Below are positions 17,268 through 27,321 of a DNA stretch of 45,103 nucleotides, piece after piece. This DNA comes from an uncultured Lachnospiraceae bacterium. GTDB taxonomy: Bacteria; Bacillota; Clostridia; Lachnospirales; Lachnospiraceae. Position 1 is the first letter of the stretch; each line of letters opens with the position of its first letter. Below the pieces are notes generated by a model, which was not told the DNA's origin, did no database searches, and saw only the letters and a list, made by a program, of their open reading frames with translations. Position numbers and translations under genes: made by a program. The DNA is taken from the NCBI GenBank assembly GCA_949012915.1, contig CARLBU010000004.1:79314-124416 (forward strand), in the 5' to 3' direction.

Positions 17268-18422
17268 ATGAAGCTAACATATCTTATATGGGGCTATCCT
17301 TATGATAAAGCTATTCTAAAAGCATGGAAAGAGATGGGAATTTTGGTAAATACAATTCTGCTTTCACATGAATTGATACAGAATTGGGAAGAAAAAAAGG
17401 AAATACAACAGAAAGAAAAAGTGGAATCTCTTTTGCTTTCCTTGAAAGAGCAGATTCGAGCAGCAGCGGGTGATATGGTGTTTTCTGTTAATTTTTTATC
17501 GTTTATATCGGATTTTTGCCAAAGAGAAGCCATTCCTTATTGCAGTTGGATCTTACAGCTTCCTAATTTTGATTTATATACAGCTTCTGTGCGGAATGGA
17601 TATAATTATTTTTTTGTATGTGATAGTTATTTGGTAGAAAAACTATGGCAATTAGGAATTACAAATGCCTTTTTTCTGCCTGATGCTGTAGAAGTAGATA
17701 GTGTACGAGAAATTGTGCCTATGGAAAGAGAAGTATGTTTTCTTGCAAAATGCCCAGAGGATGTTTTAAATACAAAGGAAATGTCCATTTACAGTAAAGG
17801 CTATCTAGATGCTTTTATTCATGCACAAAGGGTATTATATGGGGCATATATTCTAGAAAATGGATTATTGCTTCGGGTACAACAGGAGTTTTTAAAGGGA
17901 AATATCCTTCCAGAGAATCTTCTTTTAGAAATGCAGAAACTTTTTGTGGCAGATCGATATTTTGCACCTGTATGTACTAGAATACAGCAGCAAATATTTT
18001 TACAAAATTTTGCTTCCATTATGACAATTTATTCTAACGGAGAGTTTCCAGATTGTAATTCTAAAAAAAAGGCTTTGGTGGAAGATGAAATAGCGAGGAA
18101 GAAAATTTATGCCGGAAAAGAATTTACTTTGGTATTAGCACCTCATACTTTACATAATGGTATTCCAAGGGATACGTTGGAAGTAATAGCAGCAGGAGGT
18201 TTTCCTATTGTTGGATTTCAGAGGGATTATGCTTATTTTTTTAAGAGAGATGAAACATTAGTATATTTTACAAATCCTGCAGAGTTTTCACGTGCGATTG
18301 TACGATATGGAAATCATATAGAAGAAAGAGAACGTGTAAAGGAGGCGGCATATCAGAAACTGATAGAGGGACATACTTATTGGCATCGAATTGCTGCAAT
18401 ATTAGAGGTATGGAAAAAGTAA
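17268..18422 (+). CDS. CgeB-like glycosyltransferase family protein (flagellin-modification locus)
   Basis: A 385-aa paralog of the upstream gene, starting at MKLTYLIWGY after the SD gcgaggaa. The conserved C-terminus is ..VYFTNPAEFSRAIVRYGNHIEERERVKEAAYQKLIEGHTYWHRI. Confidence 0.65.
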   Translation: MKLTYLIWGYPYDKAILKAWKEMGILVNTILLSHELIQNWEEKKEIQQKEKVESLLLSLKEQIRAAAGDMVFSVNFLSFISDFCQREAIPYCSWILQLPNFDLYTASVRNGYNYFFVCDSYLVEKLWQLGITNAFFLPDAVEVDSVREIVPMEREVCFLAKCPEDVLNTKEMSIYSKGYLDAFIHAQRVLYGAYILENGLLLRVQQEFLKGNILPENLLLEMQKLFVADRYFAPVCTRIQQQIFLQNFASIMTIYSNGEFPDCNSKKKALVEDEIARKKIYAGKEFTLVLAPHTLHNGIPRDTLEVIAAGGFPIVGFQRDYAYFFKRDETLVYFTNPAEFSRAIVRYGNHIEERERVKEAAYQKLIEGHTYWHRIAAILEVWKK

Positions 18423-18445
18423 TAGGAAAAGTAAAGGAGAAAAAG

Positions 18446-20620
18446 ATGAATATTTATGTTTGTTCCCCGCCAAGAGTTACTACCGGGGGGGTAGAACTGC
18501 TTCAACAGCTTGTTTTTGAACTGAATAAACAGCATTTTGGAATAGCAAAATTATTGTATATAGATAATACTCCTGAAATGGGGCATCCCGTTCCAGAACA
18601 ATATGAAAAATATAAAAATCCTTTTTTGGTAAATACTTATAATGAAAAGGATGCTATTATTGTTTTGCCGGAAGTGATGGCTGTTATGGCAGAAACTCAA
18701 TTTAGAAGATGTTCTGTTATTATATGGTGGGAAAGTGTAGACAATTATTTTTTAGCAAATCCTGTTGAAAAATGGTATAGCTTTAAAAAAAATAAATCAA
18801 TATTGCATATGACACAATCCATGTATGCAAAAGATTTTTTAAAAAAAGCAGGCGTTTCTGAAGAACAGATTTTTGAGGTATCCGATTATTTGGGAGAAGA
18901 TTTTTTTACAGAAGAAGTATTGTTGGATTCTTCGAAACGTAAGTTAAATGTTCTTTATAATCCGAAAAAAGGTCTTGATTTTACAAATAAATTGATAGCA
19001 TTTTCGCCAAATCTGCATTGGATTCCAATTGCCCAAATGTCACCAGATGAGGTTTCCCATCTTATGCTGGAAAGTCGGGTATATATTGATTTTGGAAATC
19101 ATCCGGGCAAAGATCGGATGCCAAGGGAAGCAGCAATCAGCGGTTGCTGCATTGTAACAGGCAGGAATGGAAGTGCAGATTACTATGAAGATATTCCGAT
19201 TATGGATCAATATAAGTTTAAACGTACAATAGCAGATGTACCAGCAATTTGTTCCTGTATAGAACAGTTAGTAAATGAATATGATACCTATATTTCAGAT
19301 TTTGAATATTATCGTTCTTTTATTCGGGCAGAGAAATCAAAATTTGAAAAAGCAGTAAGCGATTTACTTTCTATTTTATTAGAACATAATCCATTTAGAA
19401 ATTCAGAAGAAATAAATGTCATACAAAAATTGGAAGATAGGATTCAGATTGCAGTATATGGAACAGAAAATTATAGTATAACGGCGAAAAATTTAATTGA
19501 AAATTTATATAATATGTATCTTCAGGATTTAGATCCCAATAATTATAAATTTGAAGTTACACATTTTGTTGTAGAAAAACCTTTTGTATCGATGCAAAAA
19601 GGAGTACCAGTTATAGAGTTAAAAAAGTTTGTCACTCTATATAAGGAACAAAAAGTAGCAGCAATCGTAATTCCAACTGCTGCTTATATAGGACAATCCT
19701 TTTTAATTACCGATTTGATTCAGGCAGGGGTGGATATTAATGATATCTACTGTATAGGAAGAAATTTATTAAAACAAAATCAATATGCTAAAGAAGAATT
19801 ATCACATTTACTGGTACCTTATTTAGATTGTCCCTATTTACCTTATCTGGAATATCATGTTGTAGATCATTGTAACTTAAATTGTAAAGCATGTGAGCAT
19901 TATGCTCCATTAGTAGAAAAAAAGAAAATTACCAATTATGAACAGTTTAAGAAAGATTTCTTTCAGTTAAAATCATTTATCAAAGATATTGGAATAATCA
20001 GAATTATGGGCGGGGAACCTTTATTAAATAAAGAATTAAAAAAATTTCTTCTTTTAACAAAAGAAGTTTATCCAGATTCTAAAATAGCCGTTGTAACCAA
20101 TGCTCTTTTATTAAAGCAAATGGAAGATGAACTATTTTATTTGATGAAGATAGTAAACGGTTATTTTTCTATTTCTTGGTATCCACCAATGAAGGATAAA
20201 ATAGAAGAAATCAAAGAATTTTTAAATAAAAAGGGGGTATCTTATTGGGTTTCGCCTTTAATGGAAAATTTTACAATGAAGCAGAATGTTTCGGGAGATA
20301 ATGATAAAACAGAACAATTTTTCCGATGCCTACAGGCTCACTATCATAATTTATATGAGGGAAAAATAGCGGCGTGCTTTCTGCCGTTTGTAACCCCTTA
20401 TTTTAATCAAACCTTTCAAAAAGCAATTCCATGTGACGGTGCGGTTGATTTATATCAGCCGAATCTGACACTCTGTCAGATAAAACAAGCCTTACTAACT
20501 CCAATGAACCGCTGCAGATATTGTTCACCGCCTGTTTCTGTTGCCTGGCAGCAAGCCAATCCAAACTTTCCGAAACTAGAGGACTGGATTATAGAGAGAA
20601 AAGCAGAGTATTCCAAATAA
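18446..20620 (+). CDS. Multidomain enzyme: N-terminal GT-B-like glycosyltransferase region, a Rossmann-like middle region, and a C-terminal radical SAM domain
   Basis: Starts MNIYVCSPP after the SD aaaggag. The GT-like motif is ..SRVYIDFGNHPGKDRMPREAAISGCCIVTG... The radical SAM CxxxCxxC motif is DHCNLNCKACEH, followed by ..IMGGEPLLN.. and a Cys-rich C-terminus. Confidence 0.65.
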   Translation: MNIYVCSPPRVTTGGVELLQQLVFELNKQHFGIAKLLYIDNTPEMGHPVPEQYEKYKNPFLVNTYNEKDAIIVLPEVMAVMAETQFRRCSVIIWWESVDNYFLANPVEKWYSFKKNKSILHMTQSMYAKDFLKKAGVSEEQIFEVSDYLGEDFFTEEVLLDSSKRKLNVLYNPKKGLDFTNKLIAFSPNLHWIPIAQMSPDEVSHLMLESRVYIDFGNHPGKDRMPREAAISGCCIVTGRNGSADYYEDIPIMDQYKFKRTIADVPAICSCIEQLVNEYDTYISDFEYYRSFIRAEKSKFEKAVSDLLSILLEHNPFRNSEEINVIQKLEDRIQIAVYGTENYSITAKNLIENLYNMYLQDLDPNNYKFEVTHFVVEKPFVSMQKGVPVIELKKFVTLYKEQKVAAIVIPTAAYIGQSFLITDLIQAGVDINDIYCIGRNLLKQNQYAKEELSHLLVPYLDCPYLPYLEYHVVDHCNLNCKACEHYAPLVEKKKITNYEQFKKDFFQLKSFIKDIGIIRIMGGEPLLNKELKKFLLLTKEVYPDSKIAVVTNALLLKQMEDELFYLMKIVNGYFSISWYPPMKDKIEEIKEFLNKKGVSYWVSPLMENFTMKQNVSGDNDKTEQFFRCLQAHYHNLYEGKIAACFLPFVTPYFNQTFQKAIPCDGAVDLYQPNLTLCQIKQALLTPMNRCRYCSPPVSVAWQQANPNFPKLEDWIIERKAEYSK

Positions 20621-20627
20621 AAAAATT

Positions 20628-20656
20628 GACAAAGCCTTTTTCCTATGTTATACTTT
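20628..20656 (+). promoter_or_regulatory. Sigma-A-type promoter TTGACA-17-TATACT upstream of rpsO
   Basis: Consensus hexamers and spacer, ~95 nt upstream of the rpsO start. Confidence 0.5.
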
Positions 20657-20752
20657 TAACTGTTGTGATATTTTAACCTTTACTCAGGATATGGCTGCTC
20701 CAACCTGTGCTTAGTAGAGGGGATAAGAAAATTTTAGGAGGAATACTGAATT

Positions 20753-21019
20753 ATGATTTCAAAGGAAAAGAAAGCCGAATTAATTGCAACTTATGGAAGA
20801 ACACCAAATGATACAGGTTCTCCAGAGGTACAGATTGCCATTTTAACATTTCGAATCAATGAATTAACCGAACATTTAAAGAACAATCCAAAGGATCATC
20901 ATTCCAGACGCGGATTATTACAGATGGTTGGACAGAGACGTGGATTATTGGACTATTTAAAAAAGACAAATCTGGATGGTTATCGTGCATTAATTGAAAA
21001 GTTAGGAATCAGAAAGTAA
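20753..21019 (+). CDS. rpsO: 30S ribosomal protein S15
   Basis: 88 aa (..[30 protein letters not shown]..). Confidence 0.95.
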   Translation: MISKEKKAELIATYGRTPNDTGSPEVQIAILTFRINELTEHLKNNPKDHHSRRGLLQMVGQRRGLLDYLKKTNLDGYRALIEKLGIRK

Positions 21020-21322
21020 GAAAAGCGGCGGCATGCAGGATTCTGGGTGTCTGTCGTTTTATGGGGCGGAGTAATCCGCCCTATATTTGTGAAAGAAAAT
21101 TGGAAAAGAAAATTAGGAAAAAACAAAAGACTCCCAAAGGAAAAAAGTTAGCCGAGACCACTGAAAAGGACAGAAAAAAGAAATAAAGAAATAAACAAAT
21201 AAACATCTAATAAGAAATAACGAAATAGTCCTATTTTCTGTATTTTTCAGTAGTTTCGGAACTCTCCGGCGGGACAGACAGATTAGAAAATTAAGAAAAT
21301 AAGATTCCGCAGACAGCGGAGA

Positions 21323-23419
21323 ATGGAGGAAACGATGTATAAAAGTTTTGAGATGGAATTAGCTGGAAGGACGCTGCGGGTAGACATAGGACGTGTAGCA
21401 GCTCAGGCGAATGGTGCTGCATTTATGCACTATGGAGATACCACAGTATTATCTACAGCAACTGCATCCGAAAAACCAAGAGAGGGAATTGATTTTTTCC
21501 CGCTTAGTGTAGAATATGAAGAAAAATTATATGCAGTAGGAAAAATTCCAGGAGGTTTTAATCGAAGAGAGGGAAAAGCATCCGAAAATGCAATTCTAAC
21601 CTCCCGTGTAATTGACCGTCCTATGCGTCCATTATTTCCAAAAGATTATAGAAATGATGTAACAATCAACAATATGGTTATGTCGGTTGATCCAGAGTGC
21701 AGCCCGGAATTAACGGCTATGTTAGGTTCTGCTATTGCAGTAGCGATTTCCGATATTCCGTTTGACGGTCCATGTGCAACTACACAGGTTGGATTAATTG
21801 ACGGAAAATTTGTGCTCAATCCAAATGCAGAACAAAACACTATTTCCGATTTAAAATTAACGGTTGCTTCCACCAGAGAAAAAGTCATTATGATAGAGGC
21901 AGGAGCCAATGAAGTACCAGAAGCACAGATGATAGAGGCCATTTATACTGCCCATGCAGTCAATCAGCAAGTGATTGCATTTATTGACAGCATTGTAGCA
22001 GAGTGTGGAAAAGCAAAACATGAATATACCAGTTGTGCCATACCAGAAGAATTATTCACTGCCATTAAAGAAATTGTACCCCCGGAAGAAATGGAAAAAG
22101 TCATGTTTGCAGAACAAAAACAGGTCAGAGAAGAGCGAATCCGCTTGTTAAAAGACAACCTGTTGGAAACATTTGCAGAAAAAGAAGAATGGCTTCCTCT
22201 GATAGATGAAGCAGTCTATCAATATGAAAAAAAGACTGTTCGAAAGATGATTTTAAAAGATCAAAAACGTCCAGACGGCAGAGAAATCACCCAGATTCGT
22301 CCGCTTGCTGCAGAAATAGATATTATTCCAAGAGTACATGGTTCTGCTATGTTTACCAGAGGACAGACCCAGATCTGCAATGTATGTACTTTAGCACCAC
22401 TTTCTGAAGCACAGAAACTAGACGGGTTAGATGTCAATGAAACCTCCAAACGCTATATGCATCACTACAATTTCCCGTCCTATTCCGTAGGAGAGACAAA
22501 AGTCTCCAGAGGTCCGGGACGAAGAGAAATCGGACATGGTGCACTTGCTGAACGGGCTTTAGTACCAGTACTTCCTTCTGAAGAAGAATTCCCATATGCG
22601 ATTCGTACTGTTTCGGAGACATTTGAATCCAATGGTTCTACTTCTATGGCATCCACCTGTGCTTCTTGTATGTCCCTTATGGCAGCAGGCGTGCCAATCA
22701 AAAAAATGGTAGCCGGCATTTCCTGCGGATTGGTAACAGGCGAAACAGATGAAGAATATCTTTTATTAACAGATATTCAGGGGCTAGAAGACTTTTTCGG
22801 CGATATGGACTTTAAAGTAACTGGTACAGATGCTGGAATAACCGCAATCCAAATGGACATTAAAATACATGGTCTGACAAGAGAGATTGTAGAGGGAGCG
22901 ATTGCACGCTGCCGAGAAGCAAGGTTATATATTATGGAGCATTGTATGAAACCTGCGATTGCAGAACCCCGCAAAGAGGTAGGGATATATGCACCGAAAA
23001 TTATACAGGTTATGATTGATCCGGCTAAAATAGGAGATGTAGTCGGACCAAAGGGAAAAACCATCAATGCGATTATTACAGAAACCGATGTAAAAATTGA
23101 TATTACAGATGAGGGAGCTGTTTCTGTCTGCGGAACGGATCGGGCGAAGATGGAAAAAGCAGTAGAATATATCCAGATGATTGCTTCGGATTTTGAAGAA
23201 GGAAAGTATTATACCGGGAAAGTAATCAGCATTAAGGAATTCGGAGCCTTTTTAGAGTTTGCCCCTGGAAAAGAAGGAATGGTGCATATTTCTAAGATTT
23301 CTAAGGAACGGATTGAACATGTGGAAGATGTGCTTACTTTGGGAGATATTGTAAAGGTAGTTTGCCTTGGGAAGGATAAGATGGGGCGAATTAGTTTTAG
23401 TATAAAGGATGTTCGGTAG
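21323..23419 (+). CDS. pnp: Polynucleotide phosphorylase (polyribonucleotide nucleotidyltransferase)
   Basis: 698 aa with two RNase PH domains plus KH and S1 domains (..GKTINAIITETD.., ..GKVISIKEFGAFLEF..). Conserved rpsO-pnp synteny. Confidence 0.95.
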   Translation: MEETMYKSFEMELAGRTLRVDIGRVAAQANGAAFMHYGDTTVLSTATASEKPREGIDFFPLSVEYEEKLYAVGKIPGGFNRREGKASENAILTSRVIDRPMRPLFPKDYRNDVTINNMVMSVDPECSPELTAMLGSAIAVAISDIPFDGPCATTQVGLIDGKFVLNPNAEQNTISDLKLTVASTREKVIMIEAGANEVPEAQMIEAIYTAHAVNQQVIAFIDSIVAECGKAKHEYTSCAIPEELFTAIKEIVPPEEMEKVMFAEQKQVREERIRLLKDNLLETFAEKEEWLPLIDEAVYQYEKKTVRKMILKDQKRPDGREITQIRPLAAEIDIIPRVHGSAMFTRGQTQICNVCTLAPLSEAQKLDGLDVNETSKRYMHHYNFPSYSVGETKVSRGPGRREIGHGALAERALVPVLPSEEEFPYAIRTVSETFESNGSTSMASTCASCMSLMAAGVPIKKMVAGISCGLVTGETDEEYLLLTDIQGLEDFFGDMDFKVTGTDAGITAIQMDIKIHGLTREIVEGAIARCREARLYIMEHCMKPAIAEPRKEVGIYAPKIIQVMIDPAKIGDVVGPKGKTINAIITETDVKIDITDEGAVSVCGTDRAKMEKAVEYIQMIASDFEEGKYYTGKVISIKEFGAFLEFAPGKEGMVHISKISKERIEHVEDVLTLGDIVKVVCLGKDKMGRISFSIKDVR

Positions 23420-23466
23420 AGAAGGGCAAGATGGTTGCATAGGAAGGTAGTTTCGGGGCGGACGTA

Positions 23467-23618
23467 GGTATGGAAAGGGAAATTCCCTGCTGGGGCCGTT
23501 TGCACTAAGGCTTTCTCGCAGCGGACACATAAGGCACGAAAGTACCGTGCCTAAGTGCCGGCGGAAAGCAATACCCCTGCAGAGAATTCCCTTTCCATAC
23601 CTACTGTATATACCGACC
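23467..23618 (+). repeat. Family-1 palindromic repeat, copy C
   Basis: Outer stem ggtatggaaagggaaattccctgc pairs with gcagagaattccctttccatacc. Core is conserved. Tail is tactgtatataccgacc. Confidence 0.8.
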
Positions 23619-23712
23619 TGTTGGCAGATAAATCCTGTTTTGATTTTGTATTCTTAATAAACGGTGAATAGATATAGAGTAGAGATATGCTTATGCTATT
23701 GATTTGATATTA

Positions 23713-23760
23713 AAAAAAACGTTTTAAATTAGAAAATAAAAAAACGTTTTAAATTAGAAA
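23713..23760. repeat. Direct tandem repeat, 2 x ~23 bp (aaaaaacgttttaaattagaaaa)
   Basis: Two adjacent identical units inside the AT-rich segment bounded by family-1 copies C and D. Confidence 0.7.
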
Positions 23761-23835
23761 AGAATATTAAGGCGAATCGTTTAGTTGAAAATATGGATAA
23801 ATTTTATACAGCAGAGATGGTGCAAAATGAATAGG

Positions 23836-23985
23836 AAGGAACAGACAGCTTGTATCGAAGGAGGTTTCTTTGCAGGGGTATTGCTTCCCGCCGGCACTTA
23901 GGCACGGTATTTTCGTGCCTTATGTGTCCGCTGCGAGGAAGCCTTAGTGCAAACGGCCCCAGCAAAGAAACCTCCTTCGATACAG
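23836..23985 (-). repeat. Family-1 palindromic repeat, copy D (inverted relative to C)
   Basis: Outer stem ctgtatcgaaggaggtttctttgc pairs with gcaaagaaacctccttcgatacag, a perfect 24 bp. Core is conserved. The tail faces inward. Confidence 0.8.
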
Positions 23986-24298
23986 GCGTACGGGATAGCT
24001 ATAAATACAATAGGAATAAATATACAAAAAATAGACAGTAAATTTAACCAAACAGGATTTGTAGATTTTTCCTTTTTTGGCACTTATTTTATAAAAATTT
24101 TAGCAGTTTTAAACACTTATAAATCCTGTTAAATTTTATTTTTATGGATTTATTGGTGTTTTTTTCTATATTTTCAAGAAAAAAATGGGTTATTTTATTT
24201 GCTTTTATCAAAAGATGTCAACTTATGACTTGCATTAATTTTTATTTTGGATTATAGTTAGATAAAGTACAGTATATCAATGGAAAGAGAGGACGTTC

Positions 24299-25621
24299 AT
24301 GGAATTAGCAACATTTAAGGGCGGAATTCATCCGGCAGAGGGAAAAGAGTTATCGAAAGATAAACCCATGCGGGAATTGAAGCCAGGAAAAGAATTAGTT
24401 TATCCGGTATCGCAGCATATCGGTGCACCTGCTGTTCCTAATGTAGCAGTAGGGGATTTGGTGCAGGCAGGGCAGAAGATTGCTGAAGCAGGGGGATTTA
24501 TATCGGCACCGGTAGTCGCTTCGGTATCCGGTAAGGTAAAGAAAATTGAAAATCGGGTTTTGGCAAATGGAAATACGGCACTTTGTATTGTAATAGAAAA
24601 TGATGAACAATATACAAAGGCACCAGGAGTAGGCGAAAAACGGGATTATCGAAAACTTTCAAAAGAACAGATTCGAGGAATTGTAAAAGAAGCCGGGATT
24701 GTCGGACTTGGCGGTGCCGGGTTTCCTACCAATGTAAAACTTACTCCAAAAGATGACAATAAAATTGATTTTGTCATTATCAATGGAGCAGAATGTGAAC
24801 CTTATCTTACTTCGGATTACCGGATGCTTTTAGAACAGCCGGAGCGGGTAATAGAAGGATTAAAAGTAGAACTGCAGCTTTTTGAACGGGCACAAGGTAT
24901 TATTGCGATTGAAAATAATAAGCCTGATGCGATTGCAAAGATCGAAAAATTGGTAGCACAGGAATCTAGAATTAAGGTATGTCCGCTGCAGACAAAGTAT
25001 CCTCAAGGCGGGGAGCGTTTTTTAATTTATGCGGTAACCGGGCGTAAGATTAATTCTTCTATGCTTCCGGCTGATGCAGGCTGTGTCGTCAGCAATGTGG
25101 ATACAGCAGCAGCCATTCAGATGGCAGTATGTGAATCAACTCCTTTAATGAGAAGAATTATTACGGTAACAGGAAATGCAGTAAAAGACCCTCAGAATTT
25201 TATTGTGCCAACCGGAATCTGCTATCAGGAACTTTTGGATGCAGCAGGAGGACTGACTTGTGAGCCGGAAAAAATTATTAACGGCGGCCCGATGATGGGA
25301 AAGGCAATGTTTCGGCTGGATGTGCCAGTGACAAAGAATTCTACTGCACTGCTTGCTTTGACAAAGGATGAAGTTTCTGCTATGGAACCAAGTGCCTGCA
25401 TCCGCTGCGGACGCTGTGTTTCTGTCTGTCCAGGGCATATCGTGCCTCAGATGCTTTATGATGTGGCAGTACACGGAGAAGCGGAGCAGTTTGAAAAGTT
25501 AAATGGAATGGAATGTTGTGAATGTGGAAGCTGTACCTTTGTATGCCCTGCCAAAAGAAACTTGACGCAGGCATTTGCACAGATGCGTGCCACTGTAATG
25601 GCAAATCGTAAGAAGAAATAG
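24299..25621 (+). CDS. rnfC: Rnf electron-transport complex subunit C
   Basis: MELATFKGGIHPAEGKELS.. with C-terminal 2x[4Fe-4S] motifs CIRCGRCVSVCP and CECGSCTFVCP. Confidence 0.9.
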   Translation: MELATFKGGIHPAEGKELSKDKPMRELKPGKELVYPVSQHIGAPAVPNVAVGDLVQAGQKIAEAGGFISAPVVASVSGKVKKIENRVLANGNTALCIVIENDEQYTKAPGVGEKRDYRKLSKEQIRGIVKEAGIVGLGGAGFPTNVKLTPKDDNKIDFVIINGAECEPYLTSDYRMLLEQPERVIEGLKVELQLFERAQGIIAIENNKPDAIAKIEKLVAQESRIKVCPLQTKYPQGGERFLIYAVTGRKINSSMLPADAGCVVSNVDTAAAIQMAVCESTPLMRRIITVTGNAVKDPQNFIVPTGICYQELLDAAGGLTCEPEKIINGGPMMGKAMFRLDVPVTKNSTALLALTKDEVSAMEPSACIRCGRCVSVCPGHIVPQMLYDVAVHGEAEQFEKLNGMECCECGSCTFVCPAKRNLTQAFAQMRATVMANRKKK

Positions 25622-26575
25622 ATGGAGGAGACCTTTATGAGTCAGATGTTAAATGTATCTTGTGCACCTCATGTCAGAAGCAAGGATACAACACATAGTA
25701 TTATGTTTGATGTGGCGATTGCGTTACTTCCGACCACTGCCTTTGGTATTTTTCATTTTGGATATCGGGCTTTGATTATTATGCTGGTGTCAATTGCAGC
25801 ATGTGTCGGAACGGAATATCTCTATCAGAGGGGAATGAAACAAAAGATTACAATAGAGGACGGCAGTGCATTAGTAACGGGAATGTTACTGGGATTAAAT
25901 CTTTCTGTGGAAGTGCCTTGGTGGATTCCTTTAATTGGCGGAGTATTTGCTATTTTAGTAGTAAAGCAGCTCTTTGGAGGATTGGGACAGAACTTTATGA
26001 ATCCGGCACTTGCAGCACGTTGTTTTTTGCTGATCTCTTTTGCCGGAAGAATGACACGGTTTTCCTGTGACGGAGTTTCCGGTGCAACGCCGCTTGCTCT
26101 GTTAAAGAATGGAGAATCCGTCAATGTGATGGATATGTTTTTTGGATTTATCGGAGGTACGATTGGGGAAGTTTCTGCACTGGCTGTTTTAATCGGTGCT
26201 GCTTATCTGGTGTGGAAAAAAGTGATTAGTCTGCGGATTCCTTTGGTTTATATTGGAACATTTGCTTTGTTTGCAGTAATATTTGGCGGGCATGGCTTGG
26301 ATCTTTCTTATTTGGGTGCACAGTTATTCGGCGGCGGGCTGATGCTGGGAGCATTTTTTATGGCAACTGATTATGTGACCAGTCCGATTACACCAAACGG
26401 ACAGATTGTATTTGGGGTAATGCTGGGTATTTTAACTGGAATTTTCCGTATCTTTGGTGCTTCTGCAGAAGGTGTTTCTTATGCGATTATTTTCTGCAAT
26501 ATGCTGGTGCCATTGATTGAGCGTGTCACCTTGCCGGCTGCATTTGGAAAGGAGAAGACAGGAAATGGAAAATAA
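25622..26575 (+). CDS. rnfD: Rnf complex subunit D
   Basis: A polytopic NqrB/RnfD-family membrane protein (..GLGQNFMNPALAARCFL..). Position in the operon. Confidence 0.9.
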   Translation: MEETFMSQMLNVSCAPHVRSKDTTHSIMFDVAIALLPTTAFGIFHFGYRALIIMLVSIAACVGTEYLYQRGMKQKITIEDGSALVTGMLLGLNLSVEVPWWIPLIGGVFAILVVKQLFGGLGQNFMNPALAARCFLLISFAGRMTRFSCDGVSGATPLALLKNGESVNVMDMFFGFIGGTIGEVSALAVLIGAAYLVWKKVISLRIPLVYIGTFALFAVIFGGHGLDLSYLGAQLFGGGLMLGAFFMATDYVTSPITPNGQIVFGVMLGILTGIFRIFGASAEGVSYAIIFCNMLVPLIERVTLPAAFGKEKTGNGK

Positions 26576-27191
26576 GAAAAAAGATACAATGATAAAAGAT
26601 GCTCTGATTCTCTGTACCATTACATTGATTGCAGGACTTTTGCTGGGAGTTATTTATGATATGACAAAAGATCCGATTGCACAGCGGAAAGTGATAGAAA
26701 AGCAAAATACATACCGCTCTGTTTATCAGACGGCAGCAGAGTTTGAAGAATCAGCAGAATTGGCAGAAAAAGTATTGGCTTGTTCCAATGATTGGAATAC
26801 AAACGGAAGCGAGTTTGGTAAGGTGGTTGTCAATGAGGCACTGTATGCAAAGGATGAATCCGGTGCTGTTGTCGGCTATATTGTTTCTGCTACTTCAAGA
26901 GAAGGATACGGAGGCGATATTCAAGTAGCAATGGGAATCCGCTTAGACGGACATATTGAAGGGGTTTCCATTTTAGATATGAATGAGACAGTCGGACTTG
27001 GTGCAAGGGCAAAGGAACCTGCTTTTTTATCTCAATATATGGATAAAACCGTAGATCGGTTTTTAGTGACAACAACTGGGGCAACAGCAGAGAATGAAAT
27101 TGATGCAATGACAAGTTCTACGATTACTTCAAAAGCAGTGACCAATGCTGTTAATGCCGCTCTTGCCTTTGCTTCTGATTATGCGGAATAA
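26565..27191 (+). CDS. rnfG: Rnf complex subunit G (FMN-binding)
   Basis: Start set at MENKKKDTMIKDALIL after the SD aggagaag; the ORF-track ORF begins at 26517 inside rnfD. An FMN-bind-type domain with a single TM anchor (..SSTITSKAVTNAV..). Confidence 0.85.
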   Translation: MENKKKDTMIKDALILCTITLIAGLLLGVIYDMTKDPIAQRKVIEKQNTYRSVYQTAAEFEESAELAEKVLACSNDWNTNGSEFGKVVVNEALYAKDESGAVVGYIVSATSREGYGGDIQVAMGIRLDGHIEGVSILDMNETVGLGARAKEPAFLSQYMDKTVDRFLVTTTGATAENEIDAMTSSTITSKAVTNAVNAALAFASDYAE

Positions 27192-27321
27192 AAAACATCA
27201 AAGTATTAAAGCATCAAAGCATTGAAATATCAAAATATCAAAATATCGTGTAAAGTTAAGATTTTATAAATTAGAAGAAATTAGAAGAATAACATAAAAA
27301 TATTAGGGAAAGAGGAACAAA

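Noticed and set aside
24050-24140. 10-bp inverted repeat AACAGGATTT / AAATCCTGTT upstream of rnfC, considered as a Rex-type operator
   Set aside because: It does not resemble the Rex consensus TTGTGAA..TTCACAA, and the two halves are ~70 bp apart. It is probably a chance match in AT-rich DNA.
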